A DNA stretch of 61,664 nucleotides, filler included. It is 9 parts of 9 records of this genome, joined end to end, with 100 filler letters (N's around TTAATTAATTAA, not from the genome) between each part and the next. Parts side by side here need not be neighbours in the genome. Positions count along the whole stretch, not along the records: positions 7,483 to 13,901 come from SRR31147125_276852; positions 14,002 to 22,185 come from SRR31147125_278544; 7 more parts are not named here. One strand, written 5' to 3'. A program made the position numbers and the translations under genes. The notes beneath the pieces were generated by a model. It was not told where the DNA came from. It searched no databases and saw only the letters and a list, made by a program, of their open reading frames with translations. How positions within the stretch are numbered: the stretch's first letter is position 1; every line of letters begins with the position of its first letter. Positions 10,823 through 22,285 of the stretch are shown piece by piece.

Positions 10823-12335
10823 CTATTCCTGCTCCTCGACTTCTTCCACTTCGAAACTCAGCCCGACACCGCAGTTGGGACAGGCGTCCATGTCCGCCGT
10901 GATCGGCTGGGAACACTCGGGACATTCGTAGGTTTCGACTTCATCTTCGTCTTCCGCTTCGGTATCGGCCGCGTCTTCCGCTTCGACATCTTCGCCGCCG
11001 TCCTCTTCGTCGAGGCCTTCCTCATCACTCTCGATAATTTCAACGTTATCTTCGATGATTTTCTGAATCTGTTCAACATCGGCGGGCGTCAGACCGGTCA
11101 GCCCTTGAAGTTCATCTGTGCTCAGGCTGATAAGGGTCTCGATAAGTTCGATTCCGTTCTCCTTGAGCAGGGTGACCAGCCGTTCCGATATATCGGGCAG
11201 TTCGCTGATTCTGGTGATTTCCTCTTCACCTTCACCGATTCCGCTGAACAGGTCGGTCGCGGCACCTCGTATCTCCTGGGAAATATCCATTTCCTGGAAT
11301 TGCGCTTCGGTTTTAACGTCGATGTTCCAGTCGGCCAACCGGTTGGCGAGCCTGACATTCAGACCCTGTTTACCGATGGCGAGTGATAGCTGCTGTTCAG
11401 GCACGATGGCCAACGCCTGGCGTTTGGATCCATCGAGAACAACGATGTCCTGGACTTCCGCCGGGCTGAGGGCATTCCGCATGAAGGTGATGGGATCGTT
11501 GTCGTACTTGAGGATATCGATCTTTTCACCCTCGAGTTCCCGTACGATCGCCTGAATCCGAACGCCTTTGAGACCGACGCATGCTCCGACGGGATCCACG
11601 TCATCCCGAGTGGAGTAAACTGCCACCTTTGTCCGATAACCCGGTTCCCGGACAATTTTGAAAAATTTCGACGGTGCCATCGTAAATCTCGGGCACTTCA
11701 AGTTCGAATATCCGTTTGACGAACTCTCCATGGGACCGCGAAAGAATAATCTCCAGTCCGGTGGGAGCTTTTTTCACTTCGGCGATCATCGCTTTGATCC
11801 GGTCGCCGTGGTGATATTCCTCCCGGGGAGACTGGAAGCGCCGTGGAAGTATTCCCTCAGTTTTTCCGAGGTCGACAAAAATCGTGCCGTTCTTCTCTCT
11901 CTGGAAGTACCCGATAATCATCTCTCCGACCTTGTCCTTGAACTCGGAATAGAGAGTATCCTTCTGAATTTCCCTGAGGTTCTGCCGAGCTTTCTGCTTG
12001 GCGCTCTGAACGGCTCCCCGATCGAAGTCCTTCGGATCTATCTCGATCAGGAGCTCGTCACCGATTTCGCACTCATCAACAAGTTCCAGAGCGTCCTTGA
12101 GCTCAATCTCGGCCACGGGATCGTAGAGGTCGTCATCTTCAACAATTATTTTTTTTGCGTAGATCGCCACCTCACCGCCGGCTTCCGAGAAGTTGACGAC
12201 GGCGTTGTCCGATGTACCGAAAGTCTTTTTATAGGCGGCCATCAGAAATTCTTCAATGGTGGCCAGGACAAGGTCTTCGGTGATGCCCCTGTCGGTCTGA
12301 ATCTGCCTTATGGAATCAACAAAATCGGCATTCAT
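10823..12335 (-). CDS. nusA: Transcription factor NusA (frameshift near 11660) with a C-terminal Zn ribbon
   Basis: ELEVPEIYDG, REPGYRTKVAV, DPVGACVG, LAIGKQGLNVRLA; tail CPEC..CPNC. Confidence 0.95.
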
Positions 12336-12357
12336 TACCGGTTTTCTCCTTTTCTAC

Positions 12358-12783
12358 TCAGTCGAGTTTGGCCTTTCTGATATCGGCTAGGGGAATCGTC
12401 CGCTCCCCGCCGTCCTGTTTCAGGACAACTTCCGAACCGGAGGTGTCCGTAAGGACTCCGCTGATCCATTCGTCGCCGATCAGCAGACGGATTCCCCGGC
12501 CGGTGAAAATCCCGTATTCCCTGCTGCTCTTGATTACCCGCGACATCCCCGGCGAGGAGATCTCCACCGACAGCGAATCCCGGTCGTACTCCAGCTCCAG
12601 CCGGGGCCTGAGGATTTTCTGCGCTTTGGTCAGATCATCCAGGCTGATACCGCCTTCCCTGTAAAGGACGAGGTTCACCTTCACATCTCCCCGGTGCTTT
12701 CCGATGGAGAGTTCCACGAGGGAAAGGCCCATCCCCTCCAGTAGGGGGTTGAGTATATGCTCCAGGCCTTCAACAGTATCCAT
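12358..12783 (-). CDS. rimP: Ribosome maturation factor RimP
   Basis: VEISSPGMSR motif and a DIRKAKL end; upstream of nusA. Confidence 0.9.
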   Translation of the reverse strand: MDTVEGLEHILNPLLEGMGLSLVELSIGKHRGDVKVNLVLYREGGISLDDLTKAQKILRPRLELEYDRDSLSVEISSPGMSRVIKSSREYGIFTGRGIRLLIGDEWISGVLTDTSGSEVVLKQDGGERTIPLADIRKAKLD

Positions 12784-12914
12784 AGCACCTCTTGCTCAAG
12801 TCTGACGCTGAAGCCAAAAAAGAGACCGCAGTGCGGGCTCTTTACCTCTTCAGTCCTAAAGCTGATGGAGCATCATACCTTCGGTCTACAGATTCGTCAA
12901 GCATCGGGCACCTG

Positions 12915-13579
12915 TCAATCCCGGCACACCACCAGTCCGTAAACACGCTGCGCGCCGGCGTCACATAGAGCCGACGCACATGCTTCCAATGTCGCCCCTG
13001 TGGTGTAGACATCATCCAGCAGCACACAGTTCCCGTCAATCGACATGCTTTTTCTGCCGATTCGGTAATCCAGAGCACCCGATGCCAGCCGCTCGCTCCT
13101 ACCCAGGCTTTTCTGGGTTCTGCTCCCCACCCTGATCAGCGCCCTGTTGATTTCTACTCCCCGCCGTTCCAGGTGACAGGCCAGGCCGTTCACGGGATCA
13201 AATCCCTTTTCCTCAATCGCTCCAGCCTTGGCGGAACAGGAACAACGGGCAGGCCCGGCCATTTCGCCCTCAGGAGCGTCAACAGAAGTTCGGCAAGGTA
13301 GTCTCCCATCCGGACATCTCCGCCGTATTTGTAGACCGACAGCCACTCCCGCAGCGGTCCCCGCCAATCTCCCGCCGCATCCAACGCCAGCAGAATCCTT
13401 TCGGCCGACCGTTCCCTGCAGCTGGTGCAGAGTCCGTTACCGCCGGCAAGATCAATGCCGCATCTCGGACATCTGTCGCCTGGCCGGTACTCTATGATAC
13501 GGCGGCAACGGCCGCAGGGCCGGAAAGGACCGTCGGACCCACGGCCGCAGACAGGACAGAGATCTGTTGGATCATACAT
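12915..13579 (-). CDS. comF: ComF family phosphoribosyltransferase with double Zn ribbon (frameshift near 13215)
   Basis: CPVC..CGRC..CPRC..CTSC, VPVP, VLLDDVYTTGATL. Confidence 0.85.
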
Positions 13580-13612
13580 ACAGATTATATCCGGCCGCGG
13601 CAGTCGGACGCT

Positions 13613-13901
13613 TCAGCTGCCGGAAAGAAGATCCTTCTTCCAGCCGGACAGGGCTGTGAGTGCTTCCAGGGGAGTCATCCCGTCCAGATCCGCTGAGCGG
13701 ATTCCTTCAAGAACGAGTTCCTTCGGATCAAAGAGCATTGGAGTTATCGGTGTGCTCTCAACCGGCGGCCCGCCGCCGCTGCCGCCGACCGTCTGCTCCG
13801 GTGTGTTCGGGATTCCAGCGGCAGACGGATCCTCCATCACCTCTCGGGCACGATCCACAACCTCATCCGGAAGACCCGCCAGGGCGGCCACATGAATCCC
13901 A
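13613..13901 (-). CDS. mutS: DNA mismatch repair protein MutS, C-terminal fragment
   Basis: GIHVAALAGLPDEVVDRAREV and DLDGMTPLEAL motifs. Confidence 0.85.
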
Positions 13902-14001
13902 NNNNNNNNNNNNNNNNNNNNNNNNNNNNNNNNNNNNNNNNNNNNTTAATTAATTAANNNNNNNNNNNNNNNNNNNNNNNNNNNNNNNNNNNNNNNNNNN
14001 N
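13902..14001. other. Artificial contig linker
   Basis: N44-TTAATTAATTAA-N44. Confidence 0.99.
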
Positions 14002-14002
14002 C

Positions 14003-14215
14003 AGGCCGCGTGTTTTCGAAGGGAGTAGCGTTCCGGACGTTTTATTCAGCGGCGATCACCGGAAAATCCAGGAGCACCGGTTTCTTGAGTCGGTGAAACG
14101 GACGCTGGAGAGACGACCGGATCTGCTGGACCGGGCAACCTTCAGTCCCGAGGAGAAGAAGCTGCTCGCCAGACACGGAATGTACCCGGACAGGAAGGGA
14201 GAGACCGGACAGTGA
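14003..14215 (+). CDS. trmD: tRNA (m1G37) methyltransferase TrmD, C-terminal fragment
   Basis: Manual translation RPRVFEGSSVPDVLFSGDHRKI..RTLERRPDLL; synteny with rplS. Confidence 0.9.
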   Translation, partial: RPRVFEGSSVPDVLFSGDHRKIQEHRFLESVKRTLERRPDLLDRATFSPEEKKLLARHGMYPDRKGETGQ

Positions 14216-14784
14216 ACACACACCAGTTGTCGATAGCCCTGCTTCACCACCCGGTCCTGAACAAAACCGGGGAAACGATCGGGTCAGCGGTTACCAATCT
14301 CGATCTGCACGATATCAGCAGGTCGGCGAGGACCTACGGGCTGAACGATTTCTTTGTCGCAACGCCCTATGAAGATCAGCGTGCGCTGGTCGAAGAAATT
14401 GTTGATCACTGGCTCAACGGTCATGGGGCAACTGCCAACCCGGCACGCGGCACGGCGTTGTCGATCGTGCGACCGGTTGCAAACCTCGAAGAAATTCGCA
14501 CCGTCCTGGCGGAACGTTCCGGTATGGATCCGCTGCTTATCGCCACCAGCGCCCGACCGCAGCCCGGAGAGATCAGCGTCGCCGAACTGCAGCAGCGAAT
14601 CAGCGACGGAGACAGACCGATTTTACTTCTTTTCGGTACGGCTCACGGGCTGGCACCGGAAATTATAGCAGAAGCGGATGCGGTGATGCCGCCTATCGGT
14701 GCACAATCGGATTACAACCACCTCTCGGTTCGATCGGCAGTATCGATTATGCTGGACCGTCTGGTGGGTACAACAATAGAATAA
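14212..14784 (+). CDS. SPOUT-class RNA methyltransferase (TrmD-associated)
   Basis: AVTNLDLHDISRSARTY, LLFGTAHGL, DYNHLSVRSAVSIMLDRL. Confidence 0.85.
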   Translation: MNTHQLSIALLHHPVLNKTGETIGSAVTNLDLHDISRSARTYGLNDFFVATPYEDQRALVEEIVDHWLNGHGATANPARGTALSIVRPVANLEEIRTVLAERSGMDPLLIATSARPQPGEISVAELQQRISDGDRPILLLFGTAHGLAPEIIAEADAVMPPIGAQSDYNHLSVRSAVSIMLDRLVGTTIE

Positions 14785-14891
14785 GAGCAACAGAGAAGAT
14801 TAAAGGGTACCTTGAATACATCGGGTTTTGAACCGAAAGGAACGTATTCAAGGTTTCCTCAACACAAACCGCGAAACAAAGAGATACCGTT

Positions 14892-15242
14892 ATGAATCCA
14901 ATAATCCAGAAAATTGACCAGGAACAGATGCGCTTCGACACCCCGGAATTTCGTCCGGGTGACACCGTCAAGGTACACATCCGCATCATCGAGGGAAGCA
15001 AAGAGCGTATCCAGGTTTTCCAGGGCGTCGTGATCAAGCGCAAGCGCGGTGATATGGACGCCTCCTACACCGTCCGCAAAGTATCCCACGGCGTCGGCGT
15101 CGAGAAGACCTTTGCTCTGCACAACCCCCGCATCGAGAAAATCGAGCTGGTAACGAGGGGCCGCGTCAGGCGATCCCGTCTGTTTTACCTCCGCGAACGC
15201 AGGGGCAAAGCTGCCCGTATCCGCGAGCGTGGCATCCGCTAG
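14892..15242 (+). CDS. rplS: 50S ribosomal protein L19
   Basis: [33 protein letters not shown]. Confidence 0.98.
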   Translation: MNPIIQKIDQEQMRFDTPEFRPGDTVKVHIRIIEGSKERIQVFQGVVIKRKRGDMDASYTVRKVSHGVGVEKTFALHNPRIEKIELVTRGRVRRSRLFYLRERRGKAARIRERGIR

Positions 15243-15307
15243 AGAACGCCCGTATCTTCAAATCAGCCGTTGCCTGCATCACCAGCAGGCAACGGCCGGC
15301 TGAACTG

Positions 15308-15970
15308 ATGGATTCACTTATCCCGGGTAATCCCCCAGGGGATACCTTCCAGTTCGAACGCATGCTCCGCAACCGCGGCTTCATGCATATTGCCGGTGCC
15401 GATGAAGCAGGGCGGGGCCCTCTTGCTGGCCCGGTCGTCGGTGCTGCGGTCATTCTCCCACCCGACTGTGATTTCACCCCCTTCTGCGACTCGAAACAGA
15501 CCAGTAAAACGCAACGCTATCGACTCCGCGATCTGCTGCTGAAGATCGGGGCGCATATCGGTACCGGCGTCGTTTCCACCGGTACCATCGACTCGATCAA
15601 CATCCTGCAGGCTTCGTTGCTGGCCATGAAGACAGCGGTAGAGGAACTGGACAGTCCCGGGGCCGAACCCGATTTCATCCTGGTTGACGGCAATCAACGG
15701 CTGTTCATCGAGACGCCGCAGGAGGCTCTGGTCAAGGGGGATGCACGCTCCGCATCGATCAGTGCAGCGTCGATCGTGGCCAAGATCCTCCGGGACGAAA
15801 TCATGGCCGAGCTGCACGGCTGCTACCCGGATTATAACTTTATCGCCAACAAGGGGTATCCGACCGCCGAACACCGGCGCATCATCAAGGAGATCGGACC
15901 GAGTCCCGCCCATCGGAGAAGTTTCAGGGGAGTCAGGGAATATGTCGACACAGCGGATCGCCCTCGGTAA
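15308..15970 (+). CDS. rnhB: Ribonuclease HII
   Basis: AGADEAGRGPLAGPV, DSK, VKGD, ISAASIVAK, NKGYPT. Confidence 0.96.
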   Translation: MDSLIPGNPPGDTFQFERMLRNRGFMHIAGADEAGRGPLAGPVVGAAVILPPDCDFTPFCDSKQTSKTQRYRLRDLLLKIGAHIGTGVVSTGTIDSINILQASLLAMKTAVEELDSPGAEPDFILVDGNQRLFIETPQEALVKGDARSASISAASIVAKILRDEIMAELHGCYPDYNFIANKGYPTAEHRRIIKEIGPSPAHRRSFRGVREYVDTADRPR

Positions 15971-16307
15971 GCGTGGTGAAGCGATTGCCGCCTCGCACCT
16001 GAAAGAGCGTGGATATCGGATTCTCGCGCGCAATTTCCGGCATAAAAGCGGTGAAATCGATATCATCTGCACTGACGGAGACTACTATGTATTCGTCGAG
16101 GTCAAAACCCGCAGGGACGCAACTTTCGGCGCCCCGGTCGAATCGGTTACCGCCCGCAAGCAGCGCCAGATCATCAGAGCAGCATCCGTGTACCTCGCAC
16201 GAAATGATCTCGCCGACGTTGCGGTGCGATTCGATGTGATCGGGATTATCCTGGACGGGAAAAAGACGGAGCTCACCCACATCGTCGATGCATTCGAAGG
16301 CGGGTAG
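15942..16307 (+). CDS. yraN: YraN family endonuclease-like protein
   Basis: MSTQRIALGKRGE..GEIDII..VFVEVKTR..RFDVI; follows rnhB. Confidence 0.9.
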   Translation: MSTQRIALGKRGEAIAASHLKERGYRILARNFRHKSGEIDIICTDGDYYVFVEVKTRRDATFGAPVESVTARKQRQIIRAASVYLARNDLADVAVRFDVIGIILDGKKTELTHIVDAFEGG

Positions 16308-16435
16308 GCCGGCTGTGCGCCGAAACTGATTCCCTGCATACAAGACGACGGCGGAGCCAATGAACCGGGATACATCTACGAAATAACAGCTATCAACTGG
16401 AAACAACTGCAAACTACCAGCATCCACCTATCACC

Positions 16436-17074
16436 ATGACCGGAAACGCACCAGGGTTGTTCATCGTCTTCGAAGGAATCGACGGATCGGGAAAGTCGAC
16501 ACAGATCAAGCTGCTTGCCGAACATTTACAGGAACGGGGGGTGAACGTCGTCGAGACGTTTGAGCCGACAAACGGTGAGTTCGGTCGACGCATCCGGGAA
16601 CTGTATGCGGACCGCAGCTCCGTATCCCCGCAGGAAGAACTCGAGCTGTTCATCAAAGACCGGAGCCGCCATATCGAGCAACTCATCGGTCCGTCCCTCG
16701 CTGCCGGCAGCGTGGTGCTCTGCGACCGCTATTTCCTCTCGTCAGCAGCCTACCAGGGGGCAGCAGGACTCGACCCCGTCGATATCATTGCCCGGCACGA
16801 CTTCGCTCCTACCCCTGACCTGGCACTCATTATCGAAATAGCCCCGGAAGAATCGGTGCACCGTATCACCGAAAAACAGGGGGACGTTCTCAACGATTTC
16901 GAACAACTCGAATCGCTGAAAAAAGTCGATGGTATTTTCAAGCGGTTAGACTTACCGTATGTGAAACGAATCGACGGCTCCTCTTCAGCAGAGACGGTTC
17001 ATCAACAGATCGTCCGCCATGTGGAAAAGCTGCTGCCCGACATCCATCTATCCAGCAATCGAGACAACCGGTGA
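16436..17074 (+). CDS. tmk: Thymidylate kinase
   Basis: FIVFEGIDGSGKSTQ, CDRYFLSSAAYQG. Confidence 0.95.
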   Translation: MTGNAPGLFIVFEGIDGSGKSTQIKLLAEHLQERGVNVVETFEPTNGEFGRRIRELYADRSSVSPQEELELFIKDRSRHIEQLIGPSLAAGSVVLCDRYFLSSAAYQGAAGLDPVDIIARHDFAPTPDLALIIEIAPEESVHRITEKQGDVLNDFEQLESLKKVDGIFKRLDLPYVKRIDGSSSAETVHQQIVRHVEKLLPDIHLSSNRDNR

Positions 17075-18828
17075 CCAGACGACTTCACTATCACAATACG
17101 CTGCAGCAGCTCCCCCTGCTGCTGGTGTTCATATTATTTATAGCGATACTGGTCGGCGGCTGCGCCAGCCAGCCTACCGTAGACAATCCACGCCAGACAG
17201 AAGACACGCCCCCGGACGGAAGTGAAACCGTCGCTGTCAAGCGGGATCTGTCATGCTCCTATTTTTATTTCCTGTGGGGCAGTCACGCCGAATACCGGGG
17301 CAGCTTCGAGGAAGCGGCTGCCGCCTACCAGAAGGCCCTCGTATGTGATCCTACCACCCGCCATATCAAGCACAAACTCCCGCTGGTGCACCTGAAAAAC
17401 GATGATCTCGATCAGGCCATGGCGGTACTGACCGACAATGTTCGGCAGGAGCCGGACGATGCCGCATCCCGCATGCTGCTTGCCAGACTCTACGTGCAGC
17501 AGCAAAAATACTTTCCCGCAATCGCCGAGTACGAAGCGATTCTTGATCGCGAACCAGACAACGAACAGGCACTGCTCCGCCTCGGCATCCTTCTGGACCA
17601 GATCGATGACAGTAAACGGGCCCGTTCCGTCCTCACGAAACTCATCGAGCTCAACCCCGAATCCTATCTCGGTCACCTCGCACTGGCCCGCACGGCCACT
17701 TCCCGTTCGGATGCGATCGAACACTATGACCGGGCACTGGAACTCAACCCGTCGATCGAACTCACCAACGAGATATCCCAGTACCATATAGACAGAAAGG
17801 ATTACGACACGTCGGTGGAGACGCTTAACTCCGCACAGAAGCGCAACCTGGTCAACGATCAGAGCCGACTGCTGCTAGTCCTGTCGCTGCTCGGCCAGGG
17901 CCGTGAAGAAGCGGCTGCCGTCGAACTCGGCCTGCTCCCCCAGTACCGGAACAACCCCGCGCAGATGACCATGGTCATCGGCAAGCTGTACGTACGGCTC
18001 GGCAATTACCCGATGGCCATCGCCCACCTCAGCGAACTGCTGGACGGTACCGGCACCTCGGAAGCCCGCTACCTGCTCGGGGTCATCTACTCGGATCTCG
18101 ATCAGCTCGACGAAGCACTCCGGGTTCTCGAACCGATAGGGCCGGATACGGAAGAGTTCGAGGATGCCGTCTACCTGCGTGCGAAAATTCTGCACCGGAC
18201 CGAACGCACGGACCAGGCCCTCGCGATACTCGAACGCGCGCTGTCATCCGAGAAAACGGTACGACCGCTGTTCTCGATCGTCGCGGCATCGCTGTACAAG
18301 GACAGCGGCCGAATCGACAAGTCGCTCACGGTAATTCGCGACGGCTTGACCCGCTACCCCGACAATGAACGCATCCTCTTCGAATACGGATTGCTGCTCG
18401 AAAACAGTGATCGCATAGACGAGGCGATCGCCATCATGGAGCGGCTGCTGCAAATCGATCCGGAACACGCGGAGGCGTTGAACTTTGTTGGTTACACGTG
18501 GGCCGACAACAACCAGCACCTTGACAAAGCGTTCGATTATATCGTCCGTGCGGTGCAGCTCAGGCCCGGCAACGGCTACATCCAGGACAGCCTCGGCTGG
18601 ATCCATTTCCGCCTCGGCAACCTCGAACGTGCGCTGGACGAATTGCTCTACGCCGCCGAGCTCCTGCCCGCGGATCCGCATGTCCACGATCACCTCGGAG
18701 ATGTGTACCGGGCACTCAACGAGCAATCCAACGCGGTGAAGTCATACCGCCAGGCCCTGCGACTGTTCGACGAAGACGACCAGAAAAACCAGGTCCAGGA
18801 AAAGATCGATGCGCTGCAGAACCGGTAG
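17071..18828 (+). CDS. Tetratricopeptide-repeat lipoprotein
   Basis: Lipobox-like VGGC; TPR repeats; ALNFVGYTWAD and YIQDSLGW motifs. Confidence 0.88.
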   Translation: MTRRLHYHNTLQQLPLLLVFILFIAILVGGCASQPTVDNPRQTEDTPPDGSETVAVKRDLSCSYFYFLWGSHAEYRGSFEEAAAAYQKALVCDPTTRHIKHKLPLVHLKNDDLDQAMAVLTDNVRQEPDDAASRMLLARLYVQQQKYFPAIAEYEAILDREPDNEQALLRLGILLDQIDDSKRARSVLTKLIELNPESYLGHLALARTATSRSDAIEHYDRALELNPSIELTNEISQYHIDRKDYDTSVETLNSAQKRNLVNDQSRLLLVLSLLGQGREEAAAVELGLLPQYRNNPAQMTMVIGKLYVRLGNYPMAIAHLSELLDGTGTSEARYLLGVIYSDLDQLDEALRVLEPIGPDTEEFEDAVYLRAKILHRTERTDQALAILERALSSEKTVRPLFSIVAASLYKDSGRIDKSLTVIRDGLTRYPDNERILFEYGLLLENSDRIDEAIAIMERLLQIDPEHAEALNFVGYTWADNNQHLDKAFDYIVRAVQLRPGNGYIQDSLGWIHFRLGNLERALDELLYAAELLPADPHVHDHLGDVYRALNEQSNAVKSYRQALRLFDEDDQKNQVQEKIDALQNR

Positions 18829-19732
18829 ACTCACGCCCCCTGCCCTTGTGCTGCTGTGCGTCGCCGCATTTGGCGGCTGCGCCCGGGTCCCGTGGACAGC
18901 TCTGGTCGAAGACGAACGCCGGGACACGATCGAATCCGCCTACCGAGACTTCGCCGCCTCCCAGAGCCGCTGCACGTCCGGATGGGATGCAGATGCGGTG
19001 GTCGACTGGCAGTCATCACTTGCTGACTATTCGTTCAGCGCCTACCTCCAGGCGCTGCCGCCCGCCTACTTCAAGCTCGTCGTCGCCAACCCTCTGGGCC
19101 AGCCGCTCAGAATTCTCGCCACCGACGGCGGCTCCTACCGCTATATCGATGTCACGTCACGCTCGAGTGTCTACGGCAGTACACGCTCCTGGGCGATACG
19201 CTATGATCTGCCCTACACGGTAGTCAAACGTTCCTGGCCGGACTGGCTGCAGGGGCGCCCCGACGGCGGCAGGCAGAGGATCATCACCGAAATACGGCAG
19301 GACAGCTCGGACCGTGGCGTATGGCTTACCGTTGCCGATGCGGAACTCGAACCTGATGCGGAACAGGAGATCGTCGAGCAGGATATCGTGATCATCCCCG
19401 CGGCTTCACCCATGCAGGACTCTGACCTGGACGGGAAAAGCGAACCCGAACCGGATTATCCCGTCTACGAATACCTGCTGGTGAATGGAGAAACCGGAGT
19501 CGTGAAGCAGCAGATCGTGGTCGACGAACAGGAGAAGCCCCAGGCAACCATTTCCTACAACAGCTGGCAGCAGATAGACACCTGCCTGTACCCGGAAGAG
19601 ATCGTCATAGACGACCTGCCCTACAACGCGACGATCCGCCTCCAGTTCTCCACCATCCTCCAGACAACCCTCACCCCCGAAGACTTCACGATACGTATTC
19701 CCCAGGGCTTCAGCCGCACGATGATGCCGTAA
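18809..19732 (+). CDS. Lipoprotein, LolB-like/DUF4292-like fold (tentative)
   Basis: Lipobox FGGC, VVANPLGQP; follows the TPR gene. Confidence 0.55.
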   Translation: MRCRTGRLTPPALVLLCVAAFGGCARVPWTALVEDERRDTIESAYRDFAASQSRCTSGWDADAVVDWQSSLADYSFSAYLQALPPAYFKLVVANPLGQPLRILATDGGSYRYIDVTSRSSVYGSTRSWAIRYDLPYTVVKRSWPDWLQGRPDGGRQRIITEIRQDSSDRGVWLTVADAELEPDAEQEIVEQDIVIIPAASPMQDSDLDGKSEPEPDYPVYEYLLVNGETGVVKQQIVVDEQEKPQATISYNSWQQIDTCLYPEEIVIDDLPYNATIRLQFSTILQTTLTPEDFTIRIPQGFSRTMMP

Positions 19733-19899
19733 ACGGCTGTATCACCCGCTTCTATCCACCATTTCCCAAGATGCAAACAGTCGTACTTTAGAGATTACAA
19801 AAAAGTCGCAGGCACCTTCCTAGCGGCGTTTGGAGACGGCCTGCAGGTCGAGGAGACGTGCATGAGGTTATAGACGAAGGATTGCAGGCTGCCCTCCGC

Positions 19900-20978
19900 T
19901 CATTCCTCAAGCTCATTAACGATTACTACGAAAAGATTGTCTTCTTTGAAAAAAAGCTGCTGGAGGTCGTAATGATGATTAGTGGCGAGTTCGAGTTCAA
20001 CCCGTACCTTCTTCGGGTCGGTCATTCCGGTCACCGTGATTCGGGTGACGTACGTGCCGCCTGAATCGATCACCGCCGGGACCTTCGCCTTCACCTCGCC
20101 TCCGATGAAATCGCAAACGACGCGTGGGGTGCCTTTTTCGATACCGAAGACCAGCGGCGGATGGAAGTGGCTCAACTTGAACAGCACTGTTTCGCTGTTG
20201 TTGATCGACTCTTCGAAGGAGATATCGAGAATTACCGGCGGATCCAGCTCTACTTCGCCGCCCGTATCGCTTTCGGCGGATTCGACGACCGAATCCGCTG
20301 CTCCTTTCTGTTTCTTGCGATCTGCGTCGAGCACAACGAGCTTGGCTGGAGATTCAGCTGGTACGGAGATTTCCGGCTCTTTTTCTGCAGCTTTCGTCTT
20401 TTCCTCTGCCGTTTCCTGCTTATCTTCTGCTGCTGCAGTATCGGCGACCGTGTCCGCCGTGCGGACGATTTTCAGGCTTTCCGCCCGGAGGTGCTGCCTT
20501 TTGCCCGCCTCCAGAGCTTCCGGTTCAACGGGCTGAAAGCGTATCTCCAGGCTGTTGCTGGACATGTCGAATAGCTGATCGTACTGGTACGTACTCCCCG
20601 GCACAATGTCGACGACAATCCGGGTTTTCTGGGGATTGTCGTGGCGGCCGACGCGGATACCGGATATTATATCTCCGCCCGCACCTGCAATTTTGAGTTT
20701 GTCGAAGAGGTAGCGGACGTTGTAAAAATCGAAAACCAGGCGGGGACGCTGCCCGTCCAGCTGGAAGGTCTTCGGGAATGGGATGCGTTGAGCCTGATGA
20801 GCATCTTCTCGGGCTGGCCCTCTGCGGCCACAACCGAGATGGACACGATCGCCGGAGCATGGTTTTCACTCTGGGCGCCGGCTGTGAGCGGCAATACCAG
20901 AAGAAAAAGTATGCAGATATGTGCTAATCGCTGTAAAGGAAGAAAGACCATCATCAGAATAAGGTATTGTTCTGGCAA
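19900..20978 (-). CDS. Exported protein with two AMIN-like domains (frameshift near 20775)
   Basis: Signal peptide; domain 1 RPRLVFDF..GIRVGRH..KTRIVVD (recovered by frame shift) and domain 2 TPRVVCDF..KVRVELEL. Confidence 0.65.
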
Positions 20979-21088
20979 ATTACCAGTCTATTTCAATACC
21001 TTATACCTTCTTGAAAAGTCAACCTATTTCCGGTAAATCTTGGCAACCCCGATACCGGAAACAACCCGCACCCGCACCACAGGAAACC

Positions 21089-22185
21089 ATGTCAGATACC
21101 ACGCAGACCAACCGCCTCCTGCCGCTCGTCAGCCGTCCAGGACGCTACCTTGGCAGTGAATTCAACAGCTCGCCCGCACCCGCATCACCCGCTCTCTCAT
21201 GGACGCTTATCTTCCCCGATCTTTACGAGATAGGCATGTCCCACCAGGGTCTGCAGATCCTCTACCACATCATTAATAACGGGACGTATAGCGCAGAGCG
21301 CTGCTATTGCCCGGCACCAGACGCCGAGTCGATCATGCGTGCTCAGCAGATCGGACTGACCACGCTGGAAACCGGCAGGGACGTCATCGACTGTGATGTG
21401 ATCGGCATTACGTTGCCCCATGAACTCTGCTACACCAATATTCTCACAATACTCGACCTGGCCGGCATCCCTTTTCATTCAAGGGACCGGGAAGAACACC
21501 ACCCGATCATCCTCGGCGGCGGCACCTGTGCGTTCAACGCGGAACCGGTTGCCGATCTCTTTGACGTCATCCTGGTCGGAGACGGCGAACAGGCGGTGAT
21601 TGAGATCAGCGATCTGATCACGTCGATGAAGGCCGCTGGAGCTGGCAGAGATGAGATCATGGACGGCCTTGAGGCGGTAACCGGTGCGTATCTTCCCCAC
21701 CGCTACCAGCCGCACTATAAAACAGACGGGACGATCGAAGCAATCACACCGGCTGTGGGGTCCCCTGCACGAGTACAGCGGCGGGTTCTCTCCGATCTTG
21801 ACCACCTCGAGCATCTCCACCACCCGCTGGTGCCCAACGCTAAAATCGTGCACGACCGGTTGTCTGTCGAAGTTGCCCGGGGCTGCACCCGCGGCTGCCG
21901 CTTCTGCCAAGCGGGCATCACCTACCGCCCGGTCCGGGAACGCAGTACGGAGCAGATCATCGAACTGGCGACGAAAGGTATCGCCCATTCCGGGTTTGAC
22001 GAATTGTCGCTCCTGTCACTCTCGACCGGCGATTATAGCTGCCTGCCGGAAGTGCTGCCGAGGCTGATGCAGCAGTTCGCCCACCAGAAGATATCGGTAG
22101 CAATGCCGTCAATGCGGGTCGGCACCCTTACCAAAGACCTGATGGACCAAATATCCCGGGTTCGCAAAACCGGTTTCACGCTGGC
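21089..22185 (+). CDS. B12-binding radical SAM protein, TIGR03960-like (3' truncated)
   Basis: FPDLYEIGMSH, EVARGCTRGCRFCQAG (CxxxCxxC), RKTGFT. Confidence 0.9.
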
Positions 22186-22285
22186 NNNNNNNNNNNNNNN
22201 NNNNNNNNNNNNNNNNNNNNNNNNNNNNNTTAATTAATTAANNNNNNNNNNNNNNNNNNNNNNNNNNNNNNNNNNNNNNNNNNNN
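22186..22285. other. Artificial contig linker
   Basis: N44-TTAATTAATTAA-N44. Confidence 0.99.
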
